13,967 nt of DNA, taken from IMG/VR virus record IMGVR_UViG_2703718846_000001; one strand, written 5' to 3'. A program made the position numbers and the translations under genes. Under the pieces are notes generated by a model that made no database searches, was not told the DNA's origin, and saw nothing but the letters and a program-made list of their open reading frames with translations. This document shows, in pieces, positions 7,717-13,967 of this stretch (its first letter is position 1; every line of letters starts with the position of its first letter). Source of the DNA: a virus (lineage: Duplodnaviria; Heunggongvirae; Uroviricota; Caudoviricetes).

Positions 7717-11400
<3,684 letters not shown>

Positions 11401-11417
<17 letters not shown>

Positions 11418-12717
11418 TCTCCCGCATATTGCCAGCATGGCCTTTAATGAGCCGCTGATGCTTGAACCCGCCTATGCGCGGGTTTTCTTTTGTGCGCTTG
11501 CAGGCCAGCTTGGGATCAGCCGCCTGACGGATGCGGTGTCCGGCGACAGCCTGACTGCCCAGGAGGCACTCGCGACGCTGGCATTATCCGGTGATGATGA
11601 CGGACCACGACAGGCCCGCAGTTATCAGGTCATGAACGGCATCGCCGTGCTGCCGGTGTCCGGCACGCTGGTCAGCCGGACGCGGGCGCTGCAGCCGTAC
11701 TCGGGGATGACCGGTTACAACGGCATTATCGCCCGTCTGCAACAGGCTGCCAGCGATCCGATGGTGGACGGCATTCTGCTCGATATGGACACGCCCGGCG
11801 GGATGGTGGCGGGGGCATTTGACTGCGCTGACATCATCGCCCGTGTGCGTGACATAAAACCGGTATGGGCGCTTGCCAACGACATGAACTGCAGTGCAGG
11901 TCAGTTGCTTGCCAGTGCCGCCTCCCGGCGTCTGGTCACGCAGACCGCCCGGACAGGCTCCATCGGCGTCATGATGGCTCACAGTAATTACGGTGCTGCG
12001 CTGGAGAAACAGGGTGTGGAAATCACGCTGATTTACAGCGGCAGCCATAAGGTGGATGGCAACCCCTACAGCCATCTTCCGGATGACGTCCGGGAGACAC
12101 TGCAGTCCCGGATGGACGCAACCCGCCAGATGTTTGCGCAGAAGGTGTCGGCATATACCGGCCTGTCCGTGCAGGCTGTGCTGGATACCGAGGCTGCAGT
12201 GTACAGCGGTCAGGAGGCCATTGATGCCGGACTGGCTGATGAACTTGTTAACAGCACCGATGCGATCACCGTCATGCGTGATGCACTGGATGCACGTAAA
12301 TCCCGTCTCTCAGGAGGGCGAATGACCAAAGAGACTCAATCAACAACTGTTTCAGCCACTGCTTCGCAGGCTGACGTTACTGACGTGGTGCCAGCGACGG
12401 AGGGCGAGAACGCCAGCGCGGCGCAGCCGGACGTGAACGCGCAGATCACCGCAGCGGTTGCGGCAGAAAACAGCCGCATTATGGGGATCCTCAACTGTGA
12501 GGAGGCTCACGGACGCGAAGAACAGGCACGCGTGCTGGCAGAAACCCCCGGTATGACCGTGAAAACGGCCCGCCGCATTCTGGCCGCAGCACCACAGAGT
12601 GCACAGGCGCGCAGTGACACTGCGCTGGATCGTCTGATGCAGGGGGCACCGGCACCGCTGGCTGCAGGTAACCCGGCATCTGATGCCGTTAACGATTTGC
12701 TGAACACACCAGTGTAA
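11401..12717 (+). CDS. C: Head maturation protease / scaffold C
   Basis: GTG at 11401 gives MTAELRNLPHIASMAFNEPLMLEPAYARVFF..., the lambda gpC N-terminus; overlaps the B 3' end by 17 nt. The track ORF from 11263 is an in-frame upstream extension. Start codon uncertain by one codon. Confidence 0.85.
12112..12717 (+). CDS. nu3: Scaffolding protein Nu3, in-frame internal start within C
   Basis: ATG at 12112 in the C frame yields a 201-aa product (MDATRQMFAQKVSAYTG...), the size and position of lambda Nu3. Confidence 0.65.
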   Translation: MDATRQMFAQKVSAYTGLSVQAVLDTEAAVYSGQEAIDAGLADELVNSTDAITVMRDALDARKSRLSGGRMTKETQSTTVSATASQADVTDVVPATEGENASAAQPDVNAQITAAVAAENSRIMGILNCEEAHGREEQARVLAETPGMTVKTARRILAAAPQSAQARSDTALDRLMQGAPAPLAAGNPASDAVNDLLNTPV

Positions 12718-12726
12718 GGGATGTTT

Positions 12727-13059
12727 ATGACGAGCAAAGAAACCTTTACCCATTACCAGCCGCAGGGCAACAGTGACCCGGCTTATACCGCAACCGCGCC
12801 CGGCGGATTGAGTGCGAAAGCGCCTGCAATGACCCCGCTGATGCTGGACACCTCCAGCCGTAAGCTGGTTGCGTGGGATGGCACCACCGACGGTGCTGCC
12901 GTTGGCATTCTTGCGGTTGCTGCTGACCAGACCAGCACCACGCTGACGTTCTACAAGTCCGGCACGTTCCGTTATGAGGATGTGCTCTGGCCGGAGGCTG
13001 CCAGCGACGAGACGAAAAAACGGACCGCGTTTGCCGGAACGGCAATCAGCATCGTTTAA
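12727..13059 (+). CDS. D: Head decoration protein D
   Basis: 110 aa from ATG 12727 ([27 protein letters not shown]...), lambda gpD-like; the track ORF starts two codons earlier at 12721. Confidence 0.9.
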   Translation: MTSKETFTHYQPQGNSDPAYTATAPGGLSAKAPAMTPLMLDTSSRKLVAWDGTTDGAAVGILAVAADQTSTTLTFYKSGTFRYEDVLWPEAASDETKKRTAFAGTAISIV

Positions 13060-13078
13060 CCTGACCCTTCATCACTAA

Positions 13079-13099
13079 AGGCCGCCTGTGCGGCTTTTT
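13079..13099 (+). terminator. Small GC hairpin plus T7 tract in the D-E intercistronic region (attenuator/terminator-like)
   Basis: GCCGC-CTGT-GCGGC followed by TTTTTTT (13093-13099). Confidence 0.3.
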
Positions 13100-13114
13100 T
13101 TACGGGATTTTTTT

Positions 13115-13372
13115 ATGTCGATGTACACAACCGCCCAACTGCTGGCGGCAAATGAGCAGAAATTTAAGTTTGATCCGCTGTTTCTGCGTCTCTTTTTCCG
13201 TGAGAGCTATCCCTTCACCACGGAGAAAGTCTATCTCTCACAAATTCCGGGACTGGTATTGGTGCTCATACGCACTCCGTTGCGATTGGCTCACATGGAC
13301 ACACCATCACCGTTAACGCTGCTGGTAACGCGGAAAACACCGTCAAAAACATCGCATTTAACTATATTGTGA
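13115..13372 (+). pseudogene. E: Truncated major capsid gene E (first ~48 codons only, then out-of-frame readthrough into stf DNA)
   Basis: ATG 13115 gives [48 protein letters not shown] (lambda gpE N-terminus); after ~13258 the translation becomes [37 protein letters not shown] and stops at 13372. Full-length gpE is ~341 aa. Confidence 0.8.
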
Positions 13373-13383
13373 GGCTTGCATAA
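13259..13383 (+). pseudogene. stf: 3'-terminal remnant of side tail fibre gene stf (~40 codons)
   Basis: In the frame ending at TAA 13381-13383 the sequence reads [40 protein letters not shown], the His-rich C-terminus of lambda Stf as I recall it, with the stop overlapping the tfa start (TAATG). Confidence 0.65.
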
Positions 13384-13967
13384 TGGCATTCAGAATGAGT
13401 GAACAAGCACGGACCATAAAAATTTATAATCTGCTGGCCGGAACTAATGAATTTATTGGTGAAGGTGATGCATATATTCCGCCTCATACAGGTCTGCCAG
13501 CAAACAGTACCGATATTGCACCACCAGATATTCCTGCTGGCTTTGTGGCTGTTTTCAACAGTGATGAGGCATCGTGGCATCTCGTTGAAGACCATCGGGG
13601 TAAAACGGTTTATGACGTAGCGTCAGGGGACGAGTTATTTATTTCTGAACTCGGTCCGTTACCGGAAAATGTTACCTGGTTATCGCCGGAAGGGGAGTTT
13701 CAGAAGTGGAACGGCACAGCTTGGGTGAAAGATGCAGAAGCAGAAAAACTGTTCCGGATCCGAGAGGCGGAAGAAATAAAAAACAGCCTGATGCAGGTAG
13801 CCAGTGAGCATATTGCGCCACTTCAGGATGCTGTAGATCTGGAAATCGCAACGGAGGAAGAAACCTCATTGCTGGAAGCCTGGAAAAAGTATCGGGTGTT
13901 GCTGAACCGTGTTGATACATCAACTGCACCTGATATTGAGTGGCCTACGAACCCTGTCAGGGAGTAA
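13383..13967 (+). CDS. tfa: Tail fibre assembly protein Tfa
   Basis: 194 aa, [54 protein letters not shown]..., lambda Tfa-like over full length; stop at the last base of the window. Confidence 0.9.
   Translation: MAFRMSEQARTIKIYNLLAGTNEFIGEGDAYIPPHTGLPANSTDIAPPDIPAGFVAVFNSDEASWHLVEDHRGKTVYDVASGDELFISELGPLPENVTWLSPEGEFQKWNGTAWVKDAEAEKLFRIREAEEIKNSLMQVASEHIAPLQDAVDLEIATEEETSLLEAWKKYRVLLNRVDTSTAPDIEWPTNPVRE

Overview
The whole window reads as one segment of a defective lambdoid prophage, and I do not see a convincing novel system in it; every ORF with coding character matches a known phage function. From left to right: a nin-region recombination block (ybcN/NinB-like, ninE, ybcO, rusA, ylcG) and a Q antiterminator (quuD) with its late-promoter/terminator region; an intact nmpC/Lc-type porin gene on the opposite strand; a phage-21-type lysis cassette (pinholin, SAR endolysin, nested Rz/Rz1 spanins); bor; three small poorly characterised genes (ybcV, ybcW, ylcI); a lambda-type cos site; and lambda-like head genes nu1, A, W, B, C/nu3, D. 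The head-gene run stops at a deletion scar: gene E is cut after about 48 codons and joined out of frame to the last ~40 codons of stf, followed by an intact tfa. The least understood part, and the best candidate for new biology, is the bor-ybcV-ybcW-ylcI cluster next to cos, where ylcI carries a clear Arc/Mnt-like ribbon-helix-helix signature. All homology calls come from reading the translations against remembered protein families; no database search was run. No tRNA, rRNA, CRISPR array or IS element was found.
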